Virus record (IMG/VR): IMGVR_UViG_3300040806_002192
Span: 1 to 53,922 of that record
Source: a virus
Lineage: Duplodnaviria; Caudoviricetes
Length of the DNA: 53,922 nt
Strand: one strand, 5' to 3'
A model generated the notes under the pieces. The model worked only from the letters and a program-made list of their open reading frames with translations, was not told where the DNA came from and made no database searches. Of this stretch, positions 43,524-53,922 are shown one piece after another (within the stretch, counting starts at the first letter, position 1; each line of letters begins with the position of its first letter). A program made the position numbers and the translations under genes.

Positions 43524-45760
43524 TGTATAAACAAAATCTATATGCTATACACTCTGCGCATTTATCCACAAAAAATGTAAAAAGAAACAATAAGCTAAAA
43601 AATTATAAATACGGTTATAATGATGATCTTGATTGTGTAGTAATAAGTAAAGATGGCACTATAGGTGAAATTTTTGAAGTACAAGGATTACGTATTGCTT
43701 TACCTGCGATACCTAAAGAAGTGTATTCAAATAGCGAAAAACCTGAAGATCAAGTTTTTAAGCAAACCTTAAAGCCCGCTACGCTATCAAAGATTAAATC
43801 AATACACGATTTTCAATTATATCCAGATGACATTAAAGAAAAGTATTACGAATATATTAATTCAGAGTTTGATCGCCGCAGTGATGGTTACTGGTTTATG
43901 TGCAACGGCACAGCAACCTATCTTACAGGAACACACTATATGTACCTTAACTGGACAAAAATTGACATTGGTGCACCTGAATTTAGACAATCAAACAAAA
44001 TATTCTTTTACTTTTGGGAAGCCTGTAAAGCTGATTACAGATGTTATGGAATGTGCTATCTCAAAAATAGACGGAGTGGATTCTCGTTTATGGCTAGCGG
44101 AGAAACAGTTAATCAAGCTACAATATCAAAAGACGCAAGATTTGGGGTGCTATCAAAAAGTGGTAGCGACGCAAAAAAAATGTTTACCGATAAAATTGTA
44201 CCTATATCAATCAACTACCCGTTCTTTTTTAAGCCGATACAAGATGGGATGGAAAGACCTAAAACAGAACTTTCCTACAAAATACCATCAAAAAGACTTA
44301 CAAGAAATTCACTTAAAGTCACTGATCAAAACGAAGTTCAAGTTGGCGAGGGGCTTGACACTACAATTGACTGGAAAAATACAGGCGATAACTCCTATGA
44401 CGGTGAAAAATTAAAATTATTAGTTCACGACGAATCCGGTAAATGGGAAAAACCCGATAACATATTAAATAACTGGCGTGTTACTAAAACTTGTTTAAGA
44501 CTAGGTGCTAAAATAGTTGGTAAATGCATGATGGGGTCTACATCAAATGCTCTAGATAAAGGTGGCGAAAACTTTAAAAAATTATATAATGATTCAAAAG
44601 TTGAAAACCGAAACCGCAATGGGCAGACTGCTAGTGGACTATACTCTTTGTTCATTCCTATGGAATGGAACTATGAAGGATTCATTGACAAATATGGATT
44701 TCCTGTCTTCGATAATCCAGAAGAACCGGTTGAAGGAATCGACGGAGAACTTATCAGAAATGGAGTCATCGATCATTGGGAGAATGAAGCAGATGGACTC
44801 AAAGGGAATAATGATGCTTTAAATGAATTTTATAGACAATTCCCCAGAAGTGAGAAGCATGCATTTAGAGATGAAATAGAAAAGTCTTTATTTAATTTAA
44901 ATAAAATATACGAGCAGATAGATTTCAACGAAGAAATGACTATGAAAGGTTACATAACCCGAGGTTCTTTTCAATGGAAAAATGGTGTTAAAGATTCTGA
45001 GGTAGAATTTTATCCAAATAAAACAGGTAGATTTAAATTATCTTGGATTCCACCAGTTGAAATGCAAAATAATATAATAATAAAAAATGGTATTAAATAC
45101 CCGGGCAATAAAGATTTAGGTGCTTTTGGTTGTGATAGTTATGATATTAGCGGAACAACAGATGGCAGTGGATCTAATGGTGCGCTTCACGGGCTTACTA
45201 CATTTAGTATGCTTTCAGATGTACCGTCTAGTCAATTTTTTTTAGAATATGTTGCTAGGCCACAAACAGCTGAAATATTTTTTGAAGATGTACTTATGGC
45301 AATGATATTTTATGGAATGCCAATACTTGCTGAAAATAACAAACCTAGACTATTATATCATATCAAGAGAAGAGGCTATAGAGGGTTTTCAATGAACAGG
45401 CCTGATAAAGCATTTAGAAAATTATCTGTAACAGAAAAAGAATTAGGTGGCATACCTAATACTTCGGAGGATATAAGACAAGCTCATGCAGCTGCAATTG
45501 AAAGTTATATTGAAACCCATGTTGGGTTGAAAGAAAACGGCGATTGCGGTAGAATGTACTTTCAAAGAACATTAGAAGATTGGGCTAAATTTGATATTAA
45601 TAAAAGAACAAAATTTGATGCGTCTATAAGTTCAGGCCTTGCTATAATGGCTTGCCAAAGACATTTATATGCATCTAAAACCGTAAGAGAGGTTAAAAAA
45701 ATAGACTTTGGATTTTCAAAATATAACAACCAAGGTTCAAAAAGTCAAATAATACAATAA
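43523..45760 (+). CDS. terL: Terminase large subunit
   Basis: Walker A-like LKNRRSGFS, Walker B LLVHDESGK, motif III MGST, nuclease GCDSYD, AENN and FDA. Confidence 0.9.
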   Translation: MYKQNLYAIHSAHLSTKNVKRNNKLKNYKYGYNDDLDCVVISKDGTIGEIFEVQGLRIALPAIPKEVYSNSEKPEDQVFKQTLKPATLSKIKSIHDFQLYPDDIKEKYYEYINSEFDRRSDGYWFMCNGTATYLTGTHYMYLNWTKIDIGAPEFRQSNKIFFYFWEACKADYRCYGMCYLKNRRSGFSFMASGETVNQATISKDARFGVLSKSGSDAKKMFTDKIVPISINYPFFFKPIQDGMERPKTELSYKIPSKRLTRNSLKVTDQNEVQVGEGLDTTIDWKNTGDNSYDGEKLKLLVHDESGKWEKPDNILNNWRVTKTCLRLGAKIVGKCMMGSTSNALDKGGENFKKLYNDSKVENRNRNGQTASGLYSLFIPMEWNYEGFIDKYGFPVFDNPEEPVEGIDGELIRNGVIDHWENEADGLKGNNDALNEFYRQFPRSEKHAFRDEIEKSLFNLNKIYEQIDFNEEMTMKGYITRGSFQWKNGVKDSEVEFYPNKTGRFKLSWIPPVEMQNNIIIKNGIKYPGNKDLGAFGCDSYDISGTTDGSGSNGALHGLTTFSMLSDVPSSQFFLEYVARPQTAEIFFEDVLMAMIFYGMPILAENNKPRLLYHIKRRGYRGFSMNRPDKAFRKLSVTEKELGGIPNTSEDIRQAHAAAIESYIETHVGLKENGDCGRMYFQRTLEDWAKFDINKRTKFDASISSGLAIMACQRHLYASKTVREVKKIDFGFSKYNNQGSKSQIIQ

Positions 45761-45763
45761 AAA

Positions 45764-48124
45764 ATGGCAGAAGCTACAGGACAAGTTACCCAATTTCCCA
45801 GCCAATCGGTTGACGATGCTACAAAGGCTAGCATGGACTACGGAATGGAAGTGGCCCGCGGTATACAAAATGAATGGTTTAGAAAATCATCTGGCACAGG
45901 AAGATTCGTTCAAAATCAACGAGACTTTCATAAACTAAGATTATATGCCAGGGGTGAGCAATCTGTTCAAAAATATAAAGATGAGTTCTCTGTTAACGGA
46001 GATTTATCTTACCTTAATCTTGATTGGAAGCCGGTACCAATTATACCTAAATTCGTAGATATAGTCGTTAACGGTATGCAAGACAGGCTATTTACAATTA
46101 AAGCTTTTGCGCAAGACCCGACATCTGTTAAAGAAAGAACTAATTTTGTAGAAATGATACTTGAGGATATGAATACTCAAGATATTATAGACGAAATAGA
46201 TGACAAACTTGGAATAGATGTTAGAAACATAAAAAAAGAAGATCTACCTTCTGACAAAGATGAATTAGAGTTATATATGCAAATTGGCTACAAACAGTCT
46301 ATTGAAATAGCTCAAGAACAATCTATACATAATATTTTTGAAAGAAATAAATATTATGAAACAAAAAAACGTTTAGATTACGATCAAACTGTTTTAGGTA
46401 TTTCTGCAGCAAAACACGGCTTTAATAATACAGATGGAATAACAATAGAATATGTTGACCCAAGTAATTTAGTTTATTCTTATACAGAAGACCCTAATTT
46501 TCAAGATGTATATTATTTTGGTGAAATAAAACAAATAAAAACCAACGAGCTTAAAAAACAATTTCCAGATCTTTCTGATGATGAATTTAATGATGTTGTT
46601 AAAAAATCTAGCAATTATAACAATTATGACTACGCAACTGTAGAGAAAGATGACAATTATGATTCTAATACATTGACTGTAATGTATTTTAACTGGAAAT
46701 CTTGGGAAAAAAGCGTATATAAAATAAAAGAAACATCTACCGGTGCTAAAAAAGCTATAAAAAAAGACGACAAATTTAATCCCCCTAAGGATCAAAGAGC
46801 ACGTTTTGAAAAAGTAGCTCAAGCTAGGGAGGTAATATATGAAGGAGTAATGGTATTAGGCGCCAATAAACTTCTTAAATGGGAAAAGGCTACTAATATG
46901 GTTCGGCCTGATTCTAACGCTAATAAAGTAATGATGAATTACATTGTTAGCGCCCCTAGAATGTATAAAGGGAAAATTGAAAGCCTAGTTAGTAGAATGG
47001 TAACTTATGCTGATTTAATTCAGCTTACGCATTTAAAATTGCAGCAGGTCATACAGAGAATGACGCCATCAGGTGTTTATTTGGATGCTGATGGACTTGC
47101 GGAAATTGATTTAGGTAACGGAACAAATTATAATCCACAAGAGGCTTTAAATTTATATTTTCAAACAGGTTCCGTAATAGGAAGGTCAATGACAGTTGAC
47201 GGAGATATGAATCCTGGTAAAATACCAATACAAGAATTGCCAGGTGGGGGCGGCCAACAATCCGCACTTCTTATACAAGCGTATAATTATTATTTAAATA
47301 TGATACGCGACGTAACGGGATTAAATGAAGCAAGAGATGGATCAGATCCAGATCAATATGCTTTAGTTGGCGTACAAAAGCTTGCTGCTGCAAATTCTAA
47401 TACAGCTACAAGGCATATATTACATAGTTCTTTGTATACAACCACGTCTTTAGCGGAAGCTATATCGATAAGAATAAAAGATGTATTGGAATTTCACCCG
47501 CAAAGAGATGCTTTAATAACAGGAATCGGCAGGTTTAATGTTGGAGCATTAGCAGAAATGGAAAATTTGCATCTTCATGATTTTGGTATATTTTTAGAAT
47601 TAGACCCTGATGAAGAAGAAAAACAACTTGTAGAAAATAATATACAAGTAGCATTATCAAGAGACCAAATACATCTTGAAGATGTTATAGACATTAGGCA
47701 AGTTAAAAATATAAAATTAGCAAATCAATTATTAAAATACAGAAGAGCTAGAAAAGAAGCTGCGGACCAATTAAAAGCAGAAAGGAATATTGCAGCGCAG
47801 TCAGAGGCTAATGCGCAGGCAGCTCAAGCTGCTGAAATGGCAAAAGCACAATCTGAAATGATGAAAGTTGAGGCTAAAATGAAATTAGCAGAAGCTCAAT
47901 CAAACTTTGATATTAAAAAATTACAAAACGAAGCTGAAACTAAAAAAGGCTTAATGCAATATGAGTTTGATTTAAATATGAAACTTAAAGGTATGGAGTT
48001 GGATGCGAAAAAAGAAATAGCATTAAATAAACCAGTATCTAATCCAGAACCTAAAAAAGCTTTTGAATCTAGTGGAAATGATGTTTTAGGTGGTATAGAT
48101 CTTAGCAGGTTTGAACCTAGATAA
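45764..48124 (+). CDS. Portal protein
   Basis: 786 aa after TerL; LRLYARGEQ, PIIPKFVDIVVNG, TGLNEARDG, C-terminal coiled coil (crAss-related type). Confidence 0.85.
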   Translation: MAEATGQVTQFPSQSVDDATKASMDYGMEVARGIQNEWFRKSSGTGRFVQNQRDFHKLRLYARGEQSVQKYKDEFSVNGDLSYLNLDWKPVPIIPKFVDIVVNGMQDRLFTIKAFAQDPTSVKERTNFVEMILEDMNTQDIIDEIDDKLGIDVRNIKKEDLPSDKDELELYMQIGYKQSIEIAQEQSIHNIFERNKYYETKKRLDYDQTVLGISAAKHGFNNTDGITIEYVDPSNLVYSYTEDPNFQDVYYFGEIKQIKTNELKKQFPDLSDDEFNDVVKKSSNYNNYDYATVEKDDNYDSNTLTVMYFNWKSWEKSVYKIKETSTGAKKAIKKDDKFNPPKDQRARFEKVAQAREVIYEGVMVLGANKLLKWEKATNMVRPDSNANKVMMNYIVSAPRMYKGKIESLVSRMVTYADLIQLTHLKLQQVIQRMTPSGVYLDADGLAEIDLGNGTNYNPQEALNLYFQTGSVIGRSMTVDGDMNPGKIPIQELPGGGGQQSALLIQAYNYYLNMIRDVTGLNEARDGSDPDQYALVGVQKLAAANSNTATRHILHSSLYTTTSLAEAISIRIKDVLEFHPQRDALITGIGRFNVGALAEMENLHLHDFGIFLELDPDEEEKQLVENNIQVALSRDQIHLEDVIDIRQVKNIKLANQLLKYRRARKEAADQLKAERNIAAQSEANAQAAQAAEMAKAQSEMMKVEAKMKLAEAQSNFDIKKLQNEAETKKGLMQYEFDLNMKLKGMELDAKKEIALNKPVSNPEPKKAFESSGNDVLGGIDLSRFEPR

Positions 48125-48155
48125 AAAATTATTAACTATTATATATTATTAAATT

Positions 48156-49379
48156 ATGGCAGAATGGAAAATTAAAGGTGCTGCTGAAGACGTTGAACAA
48201 AAGTCAGCACAAGAACAAGAACAAGCTGTTTTAGATAAAGCAGTTGAAGAAGGTAAGATTGAACCCGAAGCTGCGGGCAAAGAGGTTGATGAAATACCAA
48301 AAATTAACTTAGACGAATTAAACAAAGAAAAAGATGCCGTTCAAGAGCGAGAAACAGAGGAGGTTCCTGTGGAAGATGCACCCGGAGATAGCAAAGAAGT
48401 GGAGCAAAAAGTACAAGAACAAACCGAAGCCGAAGAAACAAAAGAGCAAGACTCGCCGCTCGAACTCGTTGAGGACGAAGAAAAAACGGTAGAAACTAAT
48501 CAGCCTAGCATAGACGAAAGAGCTGCACAAGTAAACGAACAACCAAAACCTGCAGAACCAGAAGTTGTACTTCCGGAGAACGTGGATAAGCTTGTTAAGT
48601 TTATGGAAGAAACAGGTGGTAGTGTTGAAGACTTTGTTTTATTAAATAGAGATCTATCAAAATATAATGATGGCGATCTATTGAGAGAATATTATAAACA
48701 ATCAAAACCTTGGGATTCGCAAGAAGTGTCTGAGTATATGGAAGACAATTTTTCATATGATGAAGACGATGACCCAAGAGAAATACGCTCTAAAAAAAGA
48801 GCATTTAAAGAAGAGTTATTTAATGCTAAAAAGTTTTTAGAAGGAAACAAAGAGAAATATTACGCTGACCTCAAGTTGAAGAAGCAAACAGATGTTCCTC
48901 AGGAGTACAAAGAAGCTTTGGAGTATTACAATACATACCAGCAGAACGCTGAGTCAAATAAACAACTTACAGAAAGTTTTTTACAAAAAACAGATAATGT
49001 TTTTAATCAAGATTTTAAAGGTTTTGATTTCCAAGTTGGAGACAATAAATACCGTTATAAAGTCAACAATGTTAATGATACGAAAACACAACAATCTGAT
49101 ATTAATAATTTTGTAAAACAATTTTTAGGAGAAGATGGTCAAATAAAAGATGCTAAAGGTTACCATAAGGCTTTATTTACCGCAAGAAATGCAGATAAAT
49201 TAGCCGAACATTTTTATGAGCAAGGCCGTGCCGATGCTCTTCGCCAATCCGCTAAGGAGGCTAAAAATATAAATATGGATCCAAGGCAAGAAGGTGTTAT
49301 TAAAACATCTACAGGCCAAAAGTTTAAAGTTGTTTCTGGTGATTCTAGTTCTAAACTAAAAATTAAACTAAGACAATAA
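48156..49379 (+). CDS. Capsid scaffolding/assembly protein
   Basis: Very acidic N-terminal half, helical C-terminal half (HFYEQG.ADA), between portal and MCP. Confidence 0.7.
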   Translation: MAEWKIKGAAEDVEQKSAQEQEQAVLDKAVEEGKIEPEAAGKEVDEIPKINLDELNKEKDAVQERETEEVPVEDAPGDSKEVEQKVQEQTEAEETKEQDSPLELVEDEEKTVETNQPSIDERAAQVNEQPKPAEPEVVLPENVDKLVKFMEETGGSVEDFVLLNRDLSKYNDGDLLREYYKQSKPWDSQEVSEYMEDNFSYDEDDDPREIRSKKRAFKEELFNAKKFLEGNKEKYYADLKLKKQTDVPQEYKEALEYYNTYQQNAESNKQLTESFLQKTDNVFNQDFKGFDFQVGDNKYRYKVNNVNDTKTQQSDINNFVKQFLGEDGQIKDAKGYHKALFTARNADKLAEHFYEQGRADALRQSAKEAKNINMDPRQEGVIKTSTGQKFKVVSGDSSSKLKIKLRQ

Positions 49380-49396
49380 CTTAAAAATTTATTACA

Positions 49397-50851
49397 ATGG
49401 CTATTACAACTGGCATTGAACACTTAACGCCCTCTTCAACCAAGGGGTCATTATTTCAAGGTAATTATATTACCGACTTTGATTTTACAAAACAATTTTT
49501 ACCTGATGTATACGAAAAAGAAGCTGAGATTTACGGAAATCGTTCTATCTCTTCTTTTCTACGTATGGTATCAGCCGAAATGCCTTCTACTTCTGACGAA
49601 ATCAGATGGATTGAGCAAGGGAGACTACACACACGTTACGACAACGTAGCAATTGCTACTGCTAGTGGAACTGGTGAGTCTGTATTTACAGTTACTTTTG
49701 ACGCAAAAGCTGACGGTACTGCTTATGCTGCCGGAGACGCTCCTGTTGTTAGAGCTGGACAAACCATTATGGTACAGGGTTTAACCGCTGCGGGTGCCGC
49801 TACTGGACCTGTTGTTAAAGGTGTTGTTACTGTTGCCGGAGCTGCTGCAGCTGGTGATACTGGAACTTTTACTGCTGTTGCTTATACAGCCGCTAACTGG
49901 ACGGGTGTTACCGGAGCTACTGGGTATGCTAAAGCAAATGTACTAGTATATGGATCTGAGTTTGCTAAAGGAACTGACGGAATGGTTGGTTCTTTAGATT
50001 CTGACTATAGCTCTTACACTAACAAGCCTATCATTTTAAAAGACAACTACGCTATCAACGGATCTGACACTGCTCAGATTGGATGGATTGAAGTTACTTC
50101 TGAAAATGGTGCTTCTGGTTATCTATGGTACCTAAAGTCTGAGCACGAAACTAGACTAAGATTCGAAGACTATCTAGAAATGTCTATGGTAGAAGCAGTT
50201 AAGAAAACAGCTTCCGCTGGTACTGCTGCTGCAAACTATAGTGGTTCTGAAGGTTTCTTCGCTGCTCTTGAAGCAAGGGGGAATGTATATGATGGTCTAT
50301 CTACGGATTTAGCATCTAACATGACCGGCTTTGATAACATTCTTAAGCAATTAGACAAGAATGGATCTATTGAAGAAAACATGATCTATAGCAACAGAGC
50401 CTTATCTCTAGCTATTGATGATGCATTAGCTGCTAAAAATTCTTACGGATCTGGCGGTACTTCCTACGGGGTATTCAACAATTCTGAAGATATGGCGCTA
50501 AATCTAGGATTTTCTGGATTCAGAAGAGGTTCTTATGACTTCTACAAAACTGACTGGAAATATCTAAATGATTTTGCTACAAGAGGCGGATTTGGCGATG
50601 TTGAAGGAACTATTATTCCTGCAGGTACATCTACTGTATATGATCAAGATCTAGGTAAAAACATCAAAAGACCATTTTTACATGTACGTTATCGTTCTTC
50701 TGAAACTGATGACAGAAAAATGAAAACTTGGATTACTGGATCAGTAGGAGGTGCATATACTTCTAGTTTGGACGAAATGAGAGTTAACTTCTTATCTGAA
50801 AGATGTTTAATTACTCAAGGAGCCAACAACTTCTTCTTGTTGAAGTCGTAA
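49397..50851 (+). CDS. Major capsid protein
   Basis: QFLPDVYEKE.E.YGNR, W.EQGRLH, G.EG.F.A...RGN, GF.RG.YDFYK, LSERCL; followed by a terminator. Confidence 0.88.
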   Translation: MAITTGIEHLTPSSTKGSLFQGNYITDFDFTKQFLPDVYEKEAEIYGNRSISSFLRMVSAEMPSTSDEIRWIEQGRLHTRYDNVAIATASGTGESVFTVTFDAKADGTAYAAGDAPVVRAGQTIMVQGLTAAGAATGPVVKGVVTVAGAAAAGDTGTFTAVAYTAANWTGVTGATGYAKANVLVYGSEFAKGTDGMVGSLDSDYSSYTNKPIILKDNYAINGSDTAQIGWIEVTSENGASGYLWYLKSEHETRLRFEDYLEMSMVEAVKKTASAGTAAANYSGSEGFFAALEARGNVYDGLSTDLASNMTGFDNILKQLDKNGSIEENMIYSNRALSLAIDDALAAKNSYGSGGTSYGVFNNSEDMALNLGFSGFRRGSYDFYKTDWKYLNDFATRGGFGDVEGTIIPAGTSTVYDQDLGKNIKRPFLHVRYRSSETDDRKMKTWITGSVGGAYTSSLDEMRVNFLSERCLITQGANNFFLLKS

Positions 50852-50860
50852 TTAATTAAT

Positions 50861-50900
50861 ATAGCGGGGGCAGTTACGGCTGCCCTTTAGCTATTTATTT
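50861..50900 (+). terminator. Intrinsic terminator after MCP
   Basis: GGGCAGT-TACG-GCTGCCC hairpin extended by ATAGC/GCTAT, followed by T-rich sequence. Confidence 0.75.
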
Positions 50901-50914
50901 TATTAAATTATATT

Positions 50915-51640
50915 ATGAAAAATTGGGAAATTAAAGATAGAACATACGTTCTTACAAACGGAATGTCTCCGTTAACATACAAAATAAAAAGTACAGGTTT
51001 ATTGTACTTTGATGAAGAAAAGGGCATAAATAGAGAAATAAGATACGCTGACAATCAAAAATCATTATTTGTAGATGAACAAGATGGTTTTGCTCAGCTT
51101 AGGCATATTGTATTTCAAGATGGCATTCTTGTTGTACCAAGAAACCAACCCTTGCTTCAAAAACTATTATCAATATATCACCCAGATAGATTAAATCTAT
51201 GGGAAGAAATAGACTATGTAAAAGAAGCTGTTGATGATATTGATGTTATAGAATTAGAATTAGAAGCGTTAAAATTAGTGCAAGAACTTGATGTTGAACA
51301 TCTTGAAGCTATACTTAGAACTGAAATTGGTTCTGACGTAACAAAAATGTCTTCTAAAGAAATAAAAAGAGATTGTTATTTATTTGCTAAAAATAATCCA
51401 GAGCTATTTATTGAAGTCGCAAAGGATGAAGATATTAAACTTCGTAACTTAGCTAACCGATGCGTAGAAGCTGGAATTGTTAAATTAACAGATGACAATA
51501 CAGTATTTAAATGGAGCGCAAATGGCAAGAAAATTATGACTGTACCATTTGACGAACATCCATATGCAGCGTTTGCGCGATTCTTAAAAACAGATGAAGG
51601 CGTGGACGTTATGAAAGCTATCGAAAAGAAACTTTCATAA
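50915..51640 (+). CDS. Conserved hypothetical protein following MCP
   Basis: 241-aa ORF in the head-tail module. Confidence 0.65.
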   Translation: MKNWEIKDRTYVLTNGMSPLTYKIKSTGLLYFDEEKGINREIRYADNQKSLFVDEQDGFAQLRHIVFQDGILVVPRNQPLLQKLLSIYHPDRLNLWEEIDYVKEAVDDIDVIELELEALKLVQELDVEHLEAILRTEIGSDVTKMSSKEIKRDCYLFAKNNPELFIEVAKDEDIKLRNLANRCVEAGIVKLTDDNTVFKWSANGKKIMTVPFDEHPYAAFARFLKTDEGVDVMKAIEKKLS

Positions 51641-51647
51641 AATACCA

Positions 51648-51675
51648 GGTTATAGCCATTCGCTTGGTTATAACC
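51648..51675 (+). other. Intergenic 11-bp RNA hairpin without U-tract
   Basis: GGTTATAGCCA-TTCGCT-TGGTTATAACC. Confidence 0.55.
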
Positions 51676-51697
51676 ATCTAATAAACAAAAAACAACA

Positions 51698-52402
51698 ATG
51701 GTAAGCATAGACAAAGTTTATAAAACAGTATTAAACATACTGAATAAAGAAAATAGAGGTTATATTACCCCGGCAGAAATTAACTCGCTGGCTAACCAAG
51801 CTCAAAATGAAATTTTTGAAGGTTACTTTTCTTTAAGAAATTATGTTGTATCTAATGATTCTGATTATTCAGACATTAGAAAAAACGTAGAAGAAAAAAT
51901 AGCTTTATTTGAAAACGAGGAAACAATTACTGCGGGTGCTTTTTCTAATCCAGCGGGTAATACAACTTCTAGTTATTATGCTTACCCTAGTAATTTTTTT
52001 AGGCTAGGTACTGTTTCTGTAAATGCTATACACGCTCCAGAAGCTTCTAGTCAAAAAATACTTTATTTAAATAGATCACCATTAACAAAGCCAACTGTTA
52101 AAAATCCAGTGTATGTTAGACATGAAGGTGGTATTGTTATGTATCCTACAACAGGAATAACGGATATAAATATAAATTATATAAGAAAGCCTGCAGAAGT
52201 GAAATGGGTTGGGGGCACTGCAGCTGGCCAAGTTGTTGCTAATACTAGTGCCACTGATTATAAAGATTTTGAACTGCACGCTTCTGAGCAGCATGAACTA
52301 GTTGTAAAGATATTATCATATGCTGGAGTTATTATAAGAGCTGCGGATATAACACAAGCTGCTTCAGCTAAAGAACAACAAATAACTCAATCTGAACGAT
52401 AA
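51698..52402 (+). CDS. Head-tail adaptor / tail ring protein
   Basis: NKENRGYITP.E.N..A..AQ..IFE...YIRKP...FELH; position after the capsid genes. Confidence 0.7.
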   Translation: MVSIDKVYKTVLNILNKENRGYITPAEINSLANQAQNEIFEGYFSLRNYVVSNDSDYSDIRKNVEEKIALFENEETITAGAFSNPAGNTTSSYYAYPSNFFRLGTVSVNAIHAPEASSQKILYLNRSPLTKPTVKNPVYVRHEGGIVMYPTTGITDININYIRKPAEVKWVGGTAAGQVVANTSATDYKDFELHASEQHELVVKILSYAGVIIRAADITQAASAKEQQITQSER

Positions 52403-53352
52403 TGGCAGAATCAAGAAAAATATACACCAGTCAAGAGTATTACGCAAAACACGAGGGGGATGCGGGTAATATACCCGCTGATTTTCAAGGCTTAGGGTAT
52501 TATAGTAGGACTAGTTTAGAAGATATTATAAACAACTTTGTAGTTGCTTATATAGGAGAAGATAAGGTTTTGCCTAAAGTTCCTAAATACGAGATTGATT
52601 TTTGGGCACAAAGAGGGATGCAAGAATTTAGTTATGACATTTTGCATAGCGAAAAAAGCGTTGAAATAGAATTAGGTTCAACCCTGCAATTTCCTTTACC
52701 TCAAGATTATGTTAACTATGTTAAAATATCACATATTGGTACAGATGGACGTAAAAATGTTTTAGTGCCTATAAGAACAGCTGGTAATCCTACAGCAATA
52801 TTACAAGACGCGGATCATACTTTTTTATACGATGGTGACGGAAATTTGCAAACAGCTGCTAAATCAAATTCCGCTACACGATTTCAAGATCCTAATAACC
52901 CGTCTAATAGGTCACAAGCCGCACAGGACTATTATAATAATAATTATAACGAAGATAATTTTTCTTATTTTAATAAAAGATACGGCAGCAACCCGGAAGA
53001 TATGTCGGGTACTGGAACATTTTTTATAGACACAGTAAGCGGAATTATATTCTTCGATGGCACCTTTGCTGGCAGATCTGACAATCTAATTGTTTTAGAC
53101 TATATTTCTGACGGCATTGCTGATAATGGAGACCTATCTAAGGTTTACGTACCAAAGCTTGCTGAAGACGCTCTATATGCTTACATGCTATATAATTTAG
53201 CTAAACTCAGGCCATCTACTGTGCAAGTTGCTACTTTATATAAAAAAGAGGCAAGCTCAAAAATGCGAAATACTAAAATAAGATTAACAAATTATAAATC
53301 CGAAGAAATGGCTCAAGTTTTAAGAGGCAAAGCTAAGTGGATTAAACATTAA
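52402..53352 (+). CDS. Tail ring/tubular protein
   Basis: AQRG.QEFSYD...LPQDYVNYVK...LDYISDG...PKLAEDALY. Confidence 0.7.
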   Translation: MAESRKIYTSQEYYAKHEGDAGNIPADFQGLGYYSRTSLEDIINNFVVAYIGEDKVLPKVPKYEIDFWAQRGMQEFSYDILHSEKSVEIELGSTLQFPLPQDYVNYVKISHIGTDGRKNVLVPIRTAGNPTAILQDADHTFLYDGDGNLQTAAKSNSATRFQDPNNPSNRSQAAQDYYNNNYNEDNFSYFNKRYGSNPEDMSGTGTFFIDTVSGIIFFDGTFAGRSDNLIVLDYISDGIADNGDLSKVYVPKLAEDALYAYMLYNLAKLRPSTVQVATLYKKEASSKMRNTKIRLTNYKSEEMAQVLRGKAKWIKH

Positions 53353-53362
53353 ATTAAATTAA

Positions 53363-53922
53363 ATGGCAGAAAGTAAAAGAACATTTCAGTCCGCAAAAAT
53401 GGACAAAGATGTTGATGACAGGATATTAAAACCTGGTCAATATAGAGACGCTTTAAATATTAGTGTTGATTTTTCAGAAGACGGAAATGTAGGGGCTGTT
53501 GAAAACCTTAAAGGTAATGAGCTTATTGCCAATCAAGATATATATGGCCTATCTGCCTCTTCTAACCCAAACGCTACTGTAATTGCAAGTTATCCGCATC
53601 CTGAAGAAAAAAAAATATATTATTTTGTTACAGGTGATAAAGCGGATGGTATTTTTGAATATGATATTGAAGCTAACGAAATAAACACTATAGTCATAGA
53701 AAGCATAAAAGCCTCTGTTGTAGAGACTATAAACTTAGCTTTTGAAGACGCAGGAATAACAGGTGCGGTAGCACAAGACGGGGCAATATCTTTAGCGGCT
53801 AGAATTGGAGCAAATTCTATTGAATCTTTAACCGAAAATTTTAATGCTAATGAAACAGGTAGTGCTGTTTCTAGAAAAATAACGGCAAGGCTAACAGTGC
53901 CTGCTCCTTACACTAATCAAGG
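53363..53922 (+). CDS. Tail muzzle/stabilisation protein, 3'-truncated by window edge
   Basis: Not in the ORF track because there is no stop in the window. Reads MAESKRTFQSAKMDKDVDDRILKPGQYRDALNI...GAVENLKGN, an N-terminus typical of crAss-related tail proteins. Confidence 0.7.
   Translation, partial: MAESKRTFQSAKMDKDVDDRILKPGQYRDALNISVDFSEDGNVGAVENLKGNELIANQDIYGLSASSNPNATVIASYPHPEEKKIYYFVTGDKADGIFEYDIEANEINTIVIESIKASVVETINLAFEDAGITGAVAQDGAISLAARIGANSIESLTENFNANETGSAVSRKITARLTVPAPYTNQ

Noticed and set aside
1-53922. Stop-codon reassignment as in some crAss-like phages
   Set aside because: Core genes are intact in the standard code, and both TAG (e.g. 27838-27840) and TGA end well-packed genes.

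Overview
The window is most of the genome of a lytic dsDNA tailed phage, very probably a marine podovirus of Flavobacteriia/Bacteroidota with a crAss-related head module. Evidence for the host is AT-rich translation starts with no Shine-Dalgarno sequence and Bacteroidota-type RNR/SSB; the genetic code is standard. There are two divergent blocks. (i) The minus-strand early/replication block (26540->8876) starts with very AT-rich small early ORFs driven by four identical bipartite promoters (TACGTTACA-N14-GTGATAATA). It includes an Ocr-like DNA mimic, a TraR/DksA-like zinc finger followed directly by a 76-nt tRNA-Ala/tmRNA-TLD-like RNA, ATP-dependent ligase, a sigma70-family factor, ERF, RecE-like exonuclease, SSB, T7-type primase-helicase, ThyA, a GIY-YIG/MazG fusion, an endonuclease and NrdB/NrdA, but no DNA polymerase. 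(ii) The plus-strand late block (27019->53922, apparently continuing into 1->8826) has small basic proteins, an accessory fibre/2OG-Fe(II) oxygenase cassette, GroEL/GroES, tail fibres, holin/M15 endolysin, TerL, portal, scaffold, MCP and tail ring/muzzle genes. It ends in a 2498-aa polyvalent, probably injected, protein. Main hypotheses: that giant protein carries a sigma70 region-2-like segment that could start the non-host-type early promoters (a virion-delivered sigma cascade in place of a virion RNAP), and the TLD-only tmRNA-like RNA could act as an SmpB/AlaRS decoy. All protein calls come from motifs recognised by eye; no database search was run.
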